A DNA stretch of 63,204 nt, filler included, from Asterionella formosa (lineage: Eukaryota), in the NCBI GenBank assembly GCA_002256025.1. It is 18 parts of 18 records of this genome, joined end to end, with 100 filler letters (N's around TTAATTAATTAA, not from the genome) between each part and the next. Parts side by side here need not be neighbours in the genome. Positions count along the whole stretch, not along the records: positions 1 to 3,430 come from NKIB01014160.1; positions 3,531 to 6,958 come from NKIB01014161.1; positions 7,059 to 10,484 come from NKIB01014162.1; positions 10,585 to 14,010 come from NKIB01014163.1; 14 more parts are not named here. One strand, given 5' to 3'. Both the position numbers and the translations under genes were made by a program. Positions 1 to 13,004 of this stretch are shown here, one piece after another; the stretch's first letter is position 1, and each line of letters starts with the position of its first letter. The notes under the pieces were generated by a model that saw only the letters and a list, made by a program, of their open reading frames with translations, had not been told where the DNA came from and did not search any database.

Positions 1-1373
1 CCCAAGAAGTGAATTTGCAAGTTGCAGTCGCTCCCTCTCGGCATGTGATGGGCGGACGCATTTTACCCAACTGATCACCAATGAGCTCCACAATGTAAGG
101 TTCCACTTCAAGCATAGGTGAGATGCAAGCTGTGTTCGTTCCTTGATTGTTTTTTCTTTTTGCACGTGTTCTAACTGTTTCGAAATTAATATTGACAGCA
201 GGAGGAATACCAAGCGCTTCCTTTTCTCTCAATATTATACAGGCAAGTGTATTTCTCTTCACTCGTGATTCTCCTCCTCCTTTTTCTTTTTCCTCTTCTC
301 TCACCCTCATATATTCTGCTGCCGAATTGGAAATACATTCTTTCACTTTTTCTGTCATGATGGAGCTGGCTACTGCGGTTGTTCCCTTTGGACGACCACC
401 AGAGGGCAGGGTTGTAGTGGCAGAAATGGTGCTGCTGCTTTCAGTTGATGCAGTAGTAGTGCTGGCAGGAGGCAAACTAGAACTTGTAGACATAATCATA
501 GTATTAATGGAAGAATGATAATGAATTTTTCTGCTATAGCTGTAATTTTCTACACCTTCCATTGTCAGCATAGATATTTCGCTTTCTTGTGATTCTTCAT
601 GCACATCCTCCTCAGCAGGCTGTTTGTCTGTGCTGGTAGCTTCTGGTGCCACCAGATAACCTCATTTTCCTTAGAAAGTATTTCACTTTCTGTGTAGTCA
701 CCCATGGGACAAGTTCTTCTACATCGTGCACAGCACGAGAAATTGCGCCATATGGTAGTTTTCCATTATTGTTCGCTTTCAACACTTCCATATTTGTAGA
801 GATGTTTAATAGGCAATGTTCAATCATCCTGGCTTTGTTTGTGCTGCTAATAGACTGAGCCGACTTGCCCGAAGGCACATTCGATTTCTTTTTTGCCATA
901 GTTTGGATGCATATTATGAGCTAAAAATTCTATACTGGTGGTATGTTCACATTTCCTTTCAAGTGTATGGGTGAAAGGGCGCTTATTTTATGATGCTCAA
1001 GTTACTTAGGCACTATCAAGTGACAGGGATAAGGATATGACAGGAATCATACAACAAATAAATCGAAGGCGATATTTTTGTATCAAGCTGCGTATATCAT
1101 ATAACAGTGAGTCCTCAAAACATGGGGTAATCCGTGTTCTGGCAATATTTTCGTCGATCGCACTTTTCAACCAATATTTTAGGAGAAACCAATTGCTATA
1201 AACTTTATCTAATGGCATACCGGTAGCTTTAGAGCGTACATGCTCAGGATTGGGGTCGAAGTTTTAAAATTAACAAATCTGCATTTTGAAGGGTCAAACC
1301 GTATTTTTCTCCTGTTCAGTGGGTCACAGTGGTTCCAAATTTTTTTTAGTGGGTCACAGCAGTTTTTTACTGG
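1..1373 (-). mobile_element. 5' part of pogo/Tc1-mariner-like DNA transposon (degenerate transposase N-terminus plus 5' TIR)
   Basis: ORF 899-612 continues after a frameshift (..GGRPKGTT..VEPYIVELI..). TIR-like AGTGGGTCACAGCAGTTTTTTACTGG at 1348-1373 is followed by TA; the same TIR closes the plus-strand transposase C-terminus at 15291-15316. Confidence 0.6.
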
Positions 1374-1697
1374 TAGCTATTTACTAACAACCATATACTG
1401 ACATGAAGTCAATTGTTCCAGGGTGGTATCCGGTAGTCTGGTACTGTACCTGGTACCAGGTACCATTATGAATCGGTATTTGATACCGGTATGCATAAAG
1501 GGAGTTCCGGAAAAGTCCGAATATTGCGAATATTTGTCAGAAGATGCAGACCGGGTACGCTATATACCGGTAATCAAACAATATAACTGTACATTGTATA
1601 AATACAGTATATAGGAGTATACCCGAAGTTTATTTTGTTTTATGATATTGTGTACATGTATTATGCCTTGTATCGGTACCTGGTACAAGGTACGAGG

Positions 1698-3430
1698 TGT
1701 TAAATTCTTCTGCAGTTTGACTGCAATGCTAGCTCTTTCTAGACAAGCTCAGTGTATTAAAACCTTCTGTTCTAATCCCACCTTATTGTGAGCTTATCTG
1801 ATCTATCTTGTAATCGTTCACATGACCAATTATTAAGGTTCTCTTCCCAAATTTGTATATAGATATTCATTGTGTTGTTAGACATTCAATTCTCAACTGA
1901 CAACTCAACTCCACTCACTTAGTAGAACAATCGTGAATATTCAATGCTGCCTATCTGCATTGCATATATACCTTTCCTTCATTGAAATATTGATTACTTA
2001 GAACATTCTCCATTCGAATATTTACCTTGGTTTGCTGATATAGTTCTTGGCAATCAATGCTGTTCAAATTCTCACAGCATTTCAATACGGGATTTTGGCT
2101 TGAATATTAGCTATTCAAGATTGATTAGTTCGACTGAACTAATATGCACGCAGTAGTACTAAATCTTGACATCCTCCCTGTTCCAGTTCCAACAATCCAT
2201 TGTCCCATTGCAAATCTTCTCACGTATAAAATGATATCTGACATCAATATGCTTTGTCCTTGATCCAACTTGTTGGTTTTTGCTTAGGAAAGCAAATCGC
2301 TCCAGTGTTATCCTCAGCAATTATTGCTGGCAGTTCCACATAGTAGACCTCATCCAATAGATTTGTAACAAATGTAGTATCCTTGACACCGTCGCTTAGG
2401 CTGACATACTCAGCTTCTGTGCTTGATGTTGTTACAACATTCTGTCCATTGGATGACCAAGTCACCAAGGAGCGTGCTCCAATAGTTCCGAGAAATGCAC
2501 TTGTACTTTTGCGAGTATCAGGGTTAATTGCAAATGCACTGTCAACAACATCCATTGGGCGCATTTCTTTAGGGGTTCGCATCTTCATACGCCGATGTTT
2601 CTTGTCTACATATAAGAATCCCAACAGACGTTCAACCGCCTTCCAATGAGCCTCTCCTGGATTCTCCAGATGCTGAGACAATTCTCGACATGCATTGGCA
2701 CAAATTGGAGATATCTTCTTTACGAAGTATAAGATTTTTCCAACCATGGATCTGTATTCACCATGTAGAACAGTGTGGGCATCATTCTTGGACAAACTTG
2801 TACCTGGCAATTCGGGAGTTGGTGCAATTGCGGGATAACATCCAAAGAGATTCTTATAGTCTTCAAACATTCCTTCATTGTAAACCTCCATAGTAGATTC
2901 AAGAAATCTTCCATCAGCATCCTCTCCCCAGTCATACCAAACTCCTAAATGTTTTTTGATTGGTCCGAGTTCCTTTATGGTGAAATGCTTCTTGGCTTCA
3001 GCCTTAAGCCAGTCAACATCGGCTTGTTCTCCTGCAACAATGCAGTCATCAACAAAGATACAAACAATTAGATACAATTTAAAATCACGTTTCAAGAAGA
3101 AAATGCATGAATCCACTTTGCTCTGTTTCATTCCAATGAGAATCAGATGCTCCACAAGTTTCTTGTACCACTGTCGCGCAGCCTGCACCGTTCCATACAT
3201 GGCTTTACTTAGAAGAATACAATTTTCTGAGACAACCTTGTTGTCTTCAAAGCCAAACTCAACAACGCCTTCAGGCCATACAAGGTAGATGTCTTCCTCT
3301 AAGTCTCCTTCAAGAAAGGATGCTTCGACGTCAATGACCTCCAAAGTCCATGTCTTCTTGTGCATGGTGATTGCAAAGACAACTCTGATACTTGTATCCG
3401 TAGCCACAGGTGCAAACGAGTCGGTAAAAT
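1698..3430 (-). mobile_element. Ty1/copia LTR retrotransposon 3' part (RT-RNase H, PPT, putative 3' LTR 1698-2171)
   Basis: RT motifs IDVEASFLEG, LSKAMYGTVQAARQW, FVDD; RNase H VVTTSSTEAEYVSL, EDNTGAI. Purine tract GGGAGGA precedes TGTCAAG at 2171; candidate LTR end ..TTAACA at 1698. Frameshifted near the C-terminus. Confidence 0.85.
2244..3430 (-). pseudogene. copia reverse transcriptase/RNase H, 5'-truncated by contig end
   Basis: 387-aa ORF with RVT_2-type and copia RNase H motifs. Confidence 0.9.
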
Positions 3431-3530
3431 NNNNNNNNNNNNNNNNNNNNNNNNNNNNNNNNNNNNNNNNNNNNTTAATTAATTAANNNNNNNNNNNNNN
3501 NNNNNNNNNNNNNNNNNNNNNNNNNNNNNN
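3431..3530. other. Artificial contig spacer (first of 17): N44-TTAATTAATTAA-N44
   Basis: An identical linker recurs about every 3.5 kb; contig lengths decrease monotonically. Confidence 0.99.
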
Positions 3531-4185
3531 GTTGTAACACGGTGCTTCCACTAGTATTTTCAGATCAATACCGTGACGGTATTAAAATGACCCAGTAGAC
3601 ACATACCAGAGGCCTACAGGAAAATACAACTTGGGTTTAATTTTACCAATTACGGTACTGTATACCAGTATACTGTCTTTCTCAAAAAAAAGCCCGCAAT
3701 ATCACTGCAGTGTAATATAACCGACCAACGTACTAGGTACTGGTAACAACAAGAAAACTCCACTTGATGCATCTTCGGGGAGAAAACGCTATCACATATT
3801 GTTTACGGGGTGCACTGAGTGGTACCAGGGTTACCCTGTACACCAGGTGTTCCTGCTAGTACCAGCACCAGGTTATAATGTACCTGGAACTAGGGTTGTA
3901 CCATCAGGGTTACAGGTAGGTACGTGCGTCGTATTTAGAAAATCAATGCTTTGGCTGAATGCGTCATACCGGGTATGTAGACGCATGATCACTTGATTAG
4001 GGAGGATTTGATGCATGGCTGGTCATCAGCATTCCATGCAAGGTACCGGTACTGCTCTTGCCAACCCGCTTCTACCTGGCTGGTACCATACCAGGTACCA
4101 GGTACCTGGTACCAGAACCGGGATCTCATGCAACTGATTGGTATGCATAGTACCATACCAGGTACCGGTAACAAGGAGTGCCTTA

Positions 4186-6447
4186 TGTCAGAGAGAGAGA
4201 GGGAGAGACGATCGCTTACAATGGATTGACAGCGATCGATTGATAGAGAAAGTGAGTTTTAGAGTGAAAGATTTAGGGATGCTATTGCTAGCTACTGGGA
4301 AAGACCTACTTGCGTATGTTCTAGTACAGGGTAACCGGTACCCTGTACTAACACCCCCCTGGAGTAGGAAATTTTCCGCGGGGCGGAACAATAATATTGC
4401 GGAGGCGGAGAAAATGGGCATCGTCCTTGTGTTCTTTGGTGAAGAGATCAGCAACATTAAGGGCACCAGGGAGGTGGGCAATGAGGAATTCGGAACAACG
4501 ATGAGCATCGCGAACAGCCATGTTGCAGATGTTTAAATGGCGCATTTTCTTGTTGGCACAGTTGTGGGAACAGTCGACCGCACCCTTATTATCATTCCAG
4601 AGGGTGGTGGGGAGTGTAATCTCTGGCATGTGGAGATCAGCGAGGAGGTGATGGATAAACTGTGTAACTTTGGTACCTTCGTCAGCAGATTTGATTTCAG
4701 ATTTGCAGGTACTACTACGGCTGACCTGAGGTTTGCGAATGACATGCCAAGCCAGTGGGCCACCAGTATGAGTACTAATGGAGCCAAGGAGAGTGAGAGT
4801 GATGAGGTCACTGGGGTGAGGTTTAGAGGCGTCCTGGCTGCTGGGGGCCCCAGTTAGCATCGGTATAGGTGGTGAGGAGAGGATCATCCTTGGGCCAACC
4901 ATAGGTAGTGGAGAGGTAGGAGGATGCAGACTGGGAGGTGAAGGCAATACCATGGTCAAGGGACCCAGAAAGGTAGCGTAAAACATATTTAGCACCAAGT
5001 AGGTGGGCCGGAGTGGCCGTAGAATTATACTGCGCAAGGAGAGTGACAGCGACAGAGAGATCGGGACGAGTGCTAATCGCGAGCCAGTTGAGAGCGCCAA
5101 TGAGGGATTGGTAGGCGGTAATGATGGTAGCATGGGCTAAGGGGCTAAGGTCAGCGCCGTCGGGGGTAATACGATTGTACACGAGACCCGAGCGGTAGGG
5201 AGTAGGCGCAGACCGACAGGTGGTGGTCATATCAAAGCGTTCAAGGAGGTTATGGAGGTAAGCCTCCTCCTGAGAGAGATGGACGGAGAGGTGGGTATCA
5301 CTAGAAGAAGGAAACCAGGCAAAGTAAATGCCCAAAAACCAGTAAATAGGCCCCATAAAATCGACACGGAGGGAGGCGGCGACGGACGCCTCAAACCATT
5401 GTTCAACGTCATCACTGACCGAGAAATAGCTAGGCGAAGTCATCAACATAGATGCCAACATAGAGAGGGGGGTAGCCAGTGAGGACAGGCCCATAGAAGA
5501 GGCAGGGTTCGTGGGGGCATTGAGCAAGACCAAGGGAGAGGAGGACGTCCCGAAAAAAGGTATACCAGTGGCGGGGGCTACGTCGGAGGCCGTATAGGGT
5601 TTTGTGAAGTCGCCAATAGGTACCAGGGGGGGAAAGGGACAACCGGGAGGGGGGCGGACAACAACCACTTCATGAGGGGGGAGTGTCGGATGACAGAAGG
5701 CATTCTTGCAATCTCCCTGTTTAAGGTGGCGACGACGTTCTATGGCAAGGGAAAGAAGGAGGTGGAGCAAGATTTGGCTTAAGACTGGAGCGTACGTGTC
5801 GGATTTTGACCAATAGCTAGGTGTCCTCAAGGTTCCCTAGGACAACAATACGGGATTTAGCGCGGACCGGATGGCCCAGTTCGTCGCACTTGATGGTAAG
5901 GACCGTCATGCAGGGAAGAACCTTGCAGGGGAGGAGTGAGAGTTGGTGCTTGGTAATAATGGAGAAGGTGTCTTGTGCTAGGAGCAAGTCATATTCTTCG
6001 CGATAGGAGTCAAGCCACACGGGGCTGTCCGGGAAAGTGGGGAGTGTGCTGAATGGTGCGGCAGGGGCGGTGCAGGATGATGTAAAGATGATGCAACATA
6101 CTCAGGCGACGACGTGGGAACGTATATGGAGGGAGGATGACCATGAGCGGCAAAGGAGTGGTGGTACAGGGCATCGCCATGAGGAGGCGGCGGCGAATCG
6201 GGGCGCCACAGTGGATCTCGATGGGCGTCGGGCGAGGTAGAGCGCATTATGAGAAATCAACCGGAAGGGATCAATAACCTGTCAGAGAGAGAGAGGGAGA
6301 GACGATCGCTTACAATGGATCAACAGCGATCGATTGATAGAGAAAGTGAGTTTTAGAGTGAAAGAATTAGGGATGCTATTGCTAGCTACTGGGAAAGACC
6401 TACTTGCGTATGTTCTAGTACGGGGTATCCGGTACCCTGTACTAACA
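4186..6447 (-). mobile_element. Internally deleted Ty1/copia element with two 168-bp LTRs and 5-bp TSD
   Basis: LTRs 4186-4353 and 6280-6447 (TG..CA, 5 mismatches); TSD CCTTA at 4181-4185 and 6448-6452; PPT AGGGGGG next to the 3' LTR; PBS-like GGTTATTGATCCC after the 5' LTR; interior holds frameshifted RT (RAKSRIVVLGN, LYGLRRSPRHW, IYVDD) and RNase H (YTDANWG, NVADLFTK). Confidence 0.95.
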
Positions 6448-6770
6448 CCTTACCGTAATAAGGTACCGGTATGCATTCTGCCACCACGAGTGTCACACGA
6501 GTTCGTCCGCCTTAAGTTCATTGAAAGGAAGAATTTATGGAGTGAACATGTGTATTGTCAAGAACAAAAAGCAAAATACTATTTGAGTTACTTTGTCCCT
6601 ACATTTTAATTATTACATCATACAGCACGACGAAGCTGATATATGAATTATCAGAGTGTAGGAGGAGCGAGAAATCTAGTTCATTGATCACTTTCGATCG
6701 GCTTTTGTATCCCTCTACGTTTTGAATAATTTATCCATCGGCGGACAATCTCAGTTCAAGCGAGAGTACA

Positions 6771-6958
6771 ATGACAAGTGATGACACTGTGTTCTCGTCC
6801 TTATTGTCAGACGTTCACGGTCGAGAACGAAGACTTGAACGTAACATTGAGAAGATTGACCTCTTACGCGCTAAGAAATATGGCATGGAGGAGAAGTCAC
6901 GGTATGGACGTATCAAGTATACCTATGGCGGAATAGTGTTCATATATGACCCAGTTGA
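6771..6958 (+). CDS. N-terminus of uncharacterised protein (possible DUF4258-like small domain), truncated by contig end
   Basis: ATG-initiated ORF open to the contig end: SDVHGRERRLERNIEKIDLLRAKKYG...KYTYGGIVFIYD. Confidence 0.45.
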
Positions 6959-7072
6959 NNNNNNNNNNNNNNNNNNNNNNNNNNNNNNNNNNNNNNNNNN
7001 NNTTAATTAATTAANNNNNNNNNNNNNNNNNNNNNNNNNNNNNNNNNNNNNNNNNNNNAGAGTTTGCAGTTT

Positions 7073-8299
7073 CTAGTTTGGTAACTTCGCTATTGTCGCT
7101 TCATTAAGATCATATTTGGTCCCATCGCGTAGCTCAAAGAGTCCATCTGTTACTCCTTCCCGCACTGGATTCGCCCAATGAAGCTTAGATTTACCGGATT
7201 TCATCTCTGCAAATCGTCGCTGTGCTAGATTGTAAGGATAGCTGCCAGGCAACGCAGTAGCATCTCCATTATCGACGACAACGTCGATGATCTCGGCATC
7301 GTTCTTCTGGACACTGAAAGAGACTCGCAGTTGACCAAAGGTAAAATCAAAAGTTTCGTTTGAAGTTTTGCCACGACCATCACGTACGGCACGAGGGTCT
7401 TGAGCAACGATTTCGGAAATCGCATTTATTGCATCGTCCACAATGGTGTACAGTGGAGCAAGCACATGCATATAATATTCTAATGCTTTCCGGGCACTTC
7501 CGCTCCACTTCACCTGTGCCAGCTCGTCATCTACCAACACCCATGAAGGAACTTTCACATGCTTCATTCGCTCCAGTAAGCCACTTCGCGTGCCCCCATC
7601 ATCACCTAGTTGATCAATGCGATCCCACGGAACGTACGGCTTTACATCGTACACAGGTGTTCCATCGACTAAATCCAAGCCTCGTAACACGAGTGTAATA
7701 TGCTTGCGTCCTTGTATAGATATGGTCATCACATCTTCCAACAAGCACAGGGACAAACCGACTGGATTTGGACGGTGCGGTGCCCGAGACGCCAAGACTC
7801 CAATTTTGGTCGGCGATCTCGGCGGCTTGATCTTCTGAGCGGTAAAACTAGATTTTGAGCCTTGTCCTTTAGCCTTGCCACGGGGATTCAAGTGAAAAGC
7901 AAATATGATCCAAACATGAGAATACTTCTCAAGACCATCGACAATCTGCTGCGAGTACGAAGGATGAAGGATCAAATGGGACCGTACATGTGGCGCCAAG
8001 ATTCCTTGGCGGGGACAACCGGCGCGTTGCGGGAAGGGAGAGTGAACAATGCCAATGTCCTTCATTATGAACGACGCATTTTTTGAGGAGTGAGCGCTTT
8101 GCGTTGACGTGGAAATGTTGCCCTTGTCGCTAGCCCTTGCTTTAGGTCTTTCAGACACCCGCCTACCTGAAAGCTTCGCTCTCAGCCTTACATTTTGTCC
8201 ATATAGATAAAGAGTTGAACCCAGTGATAGAGTGGCTACTACTATAGCCGGCAGTATTAACCATGACGAATCTCCTCCTCCATTTCTTGGTTTTGCCAT
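7073..8299 (-). CDS. trmO: tRNA (adenine(37)-N6)-methyltransferase TrmO/TsaA family
   Basis: Motifs IGIVHSPFPQRAGCPRQG, SHVWIIFAFH, GVLASRAPHRPNPVGLS, GLDLVDGTPVYDVKPY, QDPR; hydrophobic N-terminal segment. Confidence 0.93.
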   Translation of the reverse strand: MAKPRNGGGDSSWLILPAIVVATLSLGSTLYLYGQNVRLRAKLSGRRVSERPKARASDKGNISTSTQSAHSSKNASFIMKDIGIVHSPFPQRAGCPRQGILAPHVRSHLILHPSYSQQIVDGLEKYSHVWIIFAFHLNPRGKAKGQGSKSSFTAQKIKPPRSPTKIGVLASRAPHRPNPVGLSLCLLEDVMTISIQGRKHITLVLRGLDLVDGTPVYDVKPYVPWDRIDQLGDDGGTRSGLLERMKHVKVPSWVLVDDELAQVKWSGSARKALEYYMHVLAPLYTIVDDAINAISEIVAQDPRAVRDGRGKTSNETFDFTFGQLRVSFSVQKNDAEIIDVVVDNGDATALPGSYPYNLAQRRFAEMKSGKSKLHWANPVREGVTDGLFELRDGTKYDLNEATIAKLPN

Positions 8300-9253
8300 T
8301 TTGATTCAGGAGTGATATTGCTTCCATGATCAGACACTTAGACTATATATAGTCTGCTTTTGTGTATGAAAATATGCATCCATATGTATGATATTGATCG
8401 ACAATCGAGCATGCATGCTTCGAGGAGTCCTCCTACCTNNNNNNNNNNNNNNNNNNNNNNNNNNNNNNNNNNNNNNNNNNNNNNNNNNNNNNNNNNNNNN
8501 NNNNNNNNNNNNNNNNNNNNNNNNNNNNNNNNNNNNNNNNNNNNNNNNNNNNNNNNNNNNNNNNNNNNNNNNNNNNNNNNNNNNNNNNNNNNNNNNNNNN
8601 NNNNNNNNNNNNNNNNGGTACCAGGTACCTGGTACACAAGTCGCAGTTGCGGACGCGCTCTGAAATTGAAAAAATATTATTTTGGTGATTGAAATACCGG
8701 TACTGGTTTAGGTATCCCCAGGTCTACCAGCTGTATCTTACTAATTTGGGCAGAGAGTACCGGTACGTCACGGAGGAATACCCGGTATATAGGAACATGA
8801 GCGAGCGAAACGACCACGTACTGACGAGCCTGGTGCCTCCCATAAGCGATGATCGTGGCACTAGCGTAACAGCGTAATAACGTAATCATAACGAACAGGG
8901 CAATACAAGCAAGGAGAAAGAAATAAAGGTATCTGGTACCAGGTACCTGTTACAATACTGATGAATGTAGAGCAAAAATAGCAACTGGTTTGTAGGGACC
9001 GTTATAATTGTACATAAACTTATATACAGTACACATCAAAAGTGTTTACGAACTGCGGTATACTTACTACAAACCTGGTACCAGGTACCGGTACCTTGCA
9101 CTACAACTGTGACCTTCTGCAGGACATGTGTGAGTTTATTGACTCGTCGAACTGACAGCAACATTTCAGCTTTGGTTTCTCAGTGTTCGTCCTCAACTTA
9201 CTTACTTGTTCGCTTATAGAGAAATCAAAACTTGAAAGATAGTAAATTGGAAT

Positions 9254-10358
9254 ATGATGGGACGAAAAAGGAACGGATTTGTCACTCTTAAAGACGAACA
9301 AGAGGGAATATCAATAAAACAATCCAGAAAGCTCAAGAAATCCTCCTCGAAACAGCACCAATCATTCCCAAAACTCACTGGAAAATCTAAGCGAGGTATA
9401 TATTCTATTCGAACGAATGAGGATGAGAGCTTTCGCCAGCAACTGGAAGAAGATGGAACGATGTCGATCAATGAAATGGCTTCTGATGGCAATTGCTTAT
9501 TTCGGTCATTGTCAGATCAGCTGTATCATGATTACGGAAAAAGCCACGAGGGAATTAGACAAGATGTATGTGATTATATTCAGGTCATGGAAGACGAGTT
9601 TTCTGTGTTTCTAGTACTGGATGAGAATGAAGAAGACGAAGATGCTGCGAATTTTGAAGAGTACATAGCAATGATGAGATCGGAAGGAGAATGGGGAGGA
9701 AATTTAGAGTTGGTGGCGGCTGCCAAGCTATATAGACGGAATATCCAGGTTTTTTCAACAGCAGCAAATTACACGATAAATCACGGCAATTTAAAGTCAC
9801 AAGGACCAGATTTGATGGTCAGGTAAGATCTTGGAACATAAACTACAATGTTGTCTATTAATAGTCCGATTCTAACCTTCCTCACTACGCCGTACTGGCA
9901 CTTGCATCGATCATAGCTACCACGATAACGATCACTACAATTCTGTACGAAGCACAAGCGGAAACAAGCCGCCCCTGCCGATCAAATTTATGCCACGGGT
10001 GACAGCAAAATGCATTACGCCAACCTCGGAAAATCATTCAATGGACGATAGCTTGAAAACGACAGACAGCACACTAAGAAGCACGTCAAAAGATGAAGAA
10101 TCTAATTCTAAATCATCAAAAATAATCAGCAAAAGTAACCGCAGGCGAAGCGCACCTTGTCCTTGTGGGAGTGGGATAAAGTACAAGGAGTGCTGCCGAA
10201 AAAAGGAGAAGTCGATAAGCAAGACCTTTGAAATGAACAAAGAATCATCCAACCACGGCGACGAAACGAGCTACAATAAGAAATCGTCTGATCACTTGCA
10301 ACCTGAACAGGAGGAAGACCCTAAAATCGAAGGAGCCTTTCGAATGCTCAAGATTTAG
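9254..10358 (+). CDS. OTU-domain deubiquitinase (OTUD3-like) with SEC-C zinc motif; intron 9823-9916
   Basis: DGNCLFRSLSDQL Cys-box and WGGNLEL; GT..AG splicing restores the His-box SYHDNDHYNSV; CPCGSGIKYKECC SEC-C motif. Confidence 0.92.
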
Positions 10359-10584
10359 GGCATACCTGGATTAACTTCTCAATCCTTCTTTGGATTATTG
10401 CTAGCTAATAAGTAGCATCGGTAACTCACAAAAAGCCTGCCCGTCCATTATGAGTCTACTCTGTCATCCTTTGTTTAGCCTTTCNNNNNNNNNNNNNNNN
10501 NNNNNNNNNNNNNNNNNNNNNNNNNNNNTTAATTAATTAANNNNNNNNNNNNNNNNNNNNNNNNNNNNNNNNNNNNNNNNNNNN

Positions 10585-10700
10585 AGGAGCATTCGCATGC
10601 CGTTCCGAATGAGCAGGCTTTATTTCATTAATGAAACTCTTCAATTTAGTTGAATGAGCTCCAGAAAATTACGTAAACAAATTTAACATATTAAGTGAAC
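10585..10700 (+). repeat. Dispersed repeat shared with 56090-56193
   Basis: CATTCGCATGCCGTTC(C/G)GAATGAGCAGGCTTTATTTCATTAATGA...CCAGAAAATTACGTAAACAAAT is present at both places. Confidence 0.85.
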
Positions 10701-10710
10701 TTTATTCTAG

Positions 10711-10832
10711 AATTATGTGAACGAAATTACAGAATTACGTGAAGGATTTCAAATAATTATGTGAAGTATTTCAAATAATTATGTGAAGTATTTCAAATAA
10801 TTATGTGAAGTATTTCAAATAATTATGTGAAG
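10711..10832 (+). repeat. 22-bp minisatellite (AATTATGTGAAGTATTTCAAAT)n, about 5 copies
   Basis: Direct tandem copies visible in the sequence. Confidence 0.9.
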
Positions 10833-13004
10833 GTGATCACATAATATAGTGATGATCAGGAATGCATGCATGATACTTTGATCAAATATTTAACGTGATG
10901 TATTCAGATAATATATAGACATGTTCAACTACGTATTTTGATGTATTCAACTAATTCATGTGATGCATTCAAAATCAACTAGGCTTATTTACGTGATGGT
11001 CACTTCACGTAATACGCGGCTTAGATGCAGGCGATATTGAAAGATGATGTGGTTGTATCTATAGCGTATTCCACTTAGTTGTCAGTTCTTTCAAATATAA
11101 ATTAGCTCTGAATAGGTGGTAAATTTTTAAACATGTGATGCTGGAAAAAGTGAAGGGGACTCGACCTAGTTCTTAGTTCTTTTGAATATAAGATAGCGCT
11201 GGTTAGGTGCTGTTTAATTCTTATACATGTGATGCTGGAAGAAGTGAAGGGGACTCCATCAATTGACGAATTACGAGATATTCAGCCAACTCATGGAGGA
11301 GGCAGTCCTGATGAAATGGAATTAATGTTTGCATAGGAAGAAAGGACAATATAAATACAAAGTGAAGAGATGAATGAGGTCAAGCAATTTCAGGAATAAT
11401 TTTTACATACAACTGGCAAAGAACTGACTTTGAAAGAATGAGTTTATGTACGATAAGATTTGGATTTCTTTGCAAGAAACAGCTTCTTTTGAGACTAGTA
11501 AGGAGAATTTGAATTTGACTATCCAATTGACTTTGGGAATTGAGTATCAGAAGTTTGTTGTAGTCCTGCAAAAGTATGTTGGAGAAGGTCTGTGAAAACT
11601 AGCTAGGAGCAAAATGTGCACCAAACAGGAATAAAAATGATGAAGGCAAGCTCATTTTTTTCCGAAAGGGATGTCATTGAGTCAGAATATTGCAGCATGG
11701 AATCGTAAATATAATGAAGTAATGGCATCATACATAGTGATGGTTAGACCTGCAATAAAAATACTCTCTGTGCAGTTCTACTCTCACACAAGTGATTGTG
11801 CCAAAATTGATTGGAAACATCTTCTTCCTGCTCACATGTGGTGGGTTTCAATTCTAACAAGACAACAATAAGGTTACTAATTTTGGCTCACCCTCAATGG
11901 GGGCTTTCAGACTTACTGTGATGGACCTGTACAAATCTAGATTGACTTCACTAGAAGTCTTGCTATGAGACACAAGTGCCCTGAAGGGAAAGCATGTTGT
12001 AGGTGCTAAAATACAACTTATGAGAGACACGAGGCTGTGTGTAATCAGAGGAAAGAGAGGTAAACCTTAACCCTAGCTACCGTTTGGTTTTTTAATACTG
12101 GCATACTTTACTAAGAACTAAGAACCAGTACATGACGTGCCTGCCTTCTTTGCTCTCTTGTTTCTCGTCTTACATAAAATTGGTTTATGCACGGACTACT
12201 TGGACTGTTAAGTGACACGAAACCTGAAAGGAGTATATTACCGGTGTATGATTTTATACCCATAAAGAGGGGTACATTAATAAGCAATGCATTTTCCCAG
12301 CAGCAAGAAGACGAGCGGCAGCAGACTGCAATCGAAACGTGATGTTATTTGCGAATTGCATTTCGTGCAGTGAGCGTACCGGGATGCTTTAACGGTACTG
12401 GTACCAGGCCTGGTAACAGAATCATCACACTATCTTAGTGCACCATACGGTACTCATATTCTGACGTATACTTTACAGATCGCTGACGTAGGTGAGCTAA
12501 GGGAGCAAATTTTCACTGGGGGCACGATATACAGATCCGTTGGCACGATAAGATCTTCATCTCAAATACGTGACAATGACTGCAACCGGTATTTAATCAC
12601 AGCAATACCAAATCCTTTTTTGCTCGCCCCCCAGGAAATATTGTATCCTTGCGAATGTTGGCGTCATCGCCCGGGTAGGAAGCAATGGTTGTATTTACGT
12701 GTCACTGTAGCTACCTGTGTATGTAGGAATGAACAAAGTCTGTTGTTGCAGTGACGGTGACGACGATTGTGTATCATTATTATTCCCATCAGCATATCTA
12801 TACTCGAATATGTTTATGTACGGTCAGTGGAGTGAAGTACGTCAATTGAACTACCGGTACCGGCATACCGCGGAATCAGTATGTACTTAGGCGAGACGAA
12901 GTGGTTGATGCGGATGAGTTCAACGAGAAAGAAAAATATCATGATGTAGCTCATTTATCTAAGGAAATACATCCATATCGATCGTTAGATCTAACTTGCT
13001 GATC

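Noticed and set aside
3799..4229. Short ORFs rich in VPGT/YQVP/WYQ peptides (also 8338-8692, 33791-34161, 36462-36807, 62409-62739)
   Set aside because: These are translations of the non-coding GGTACCA motif arrays.
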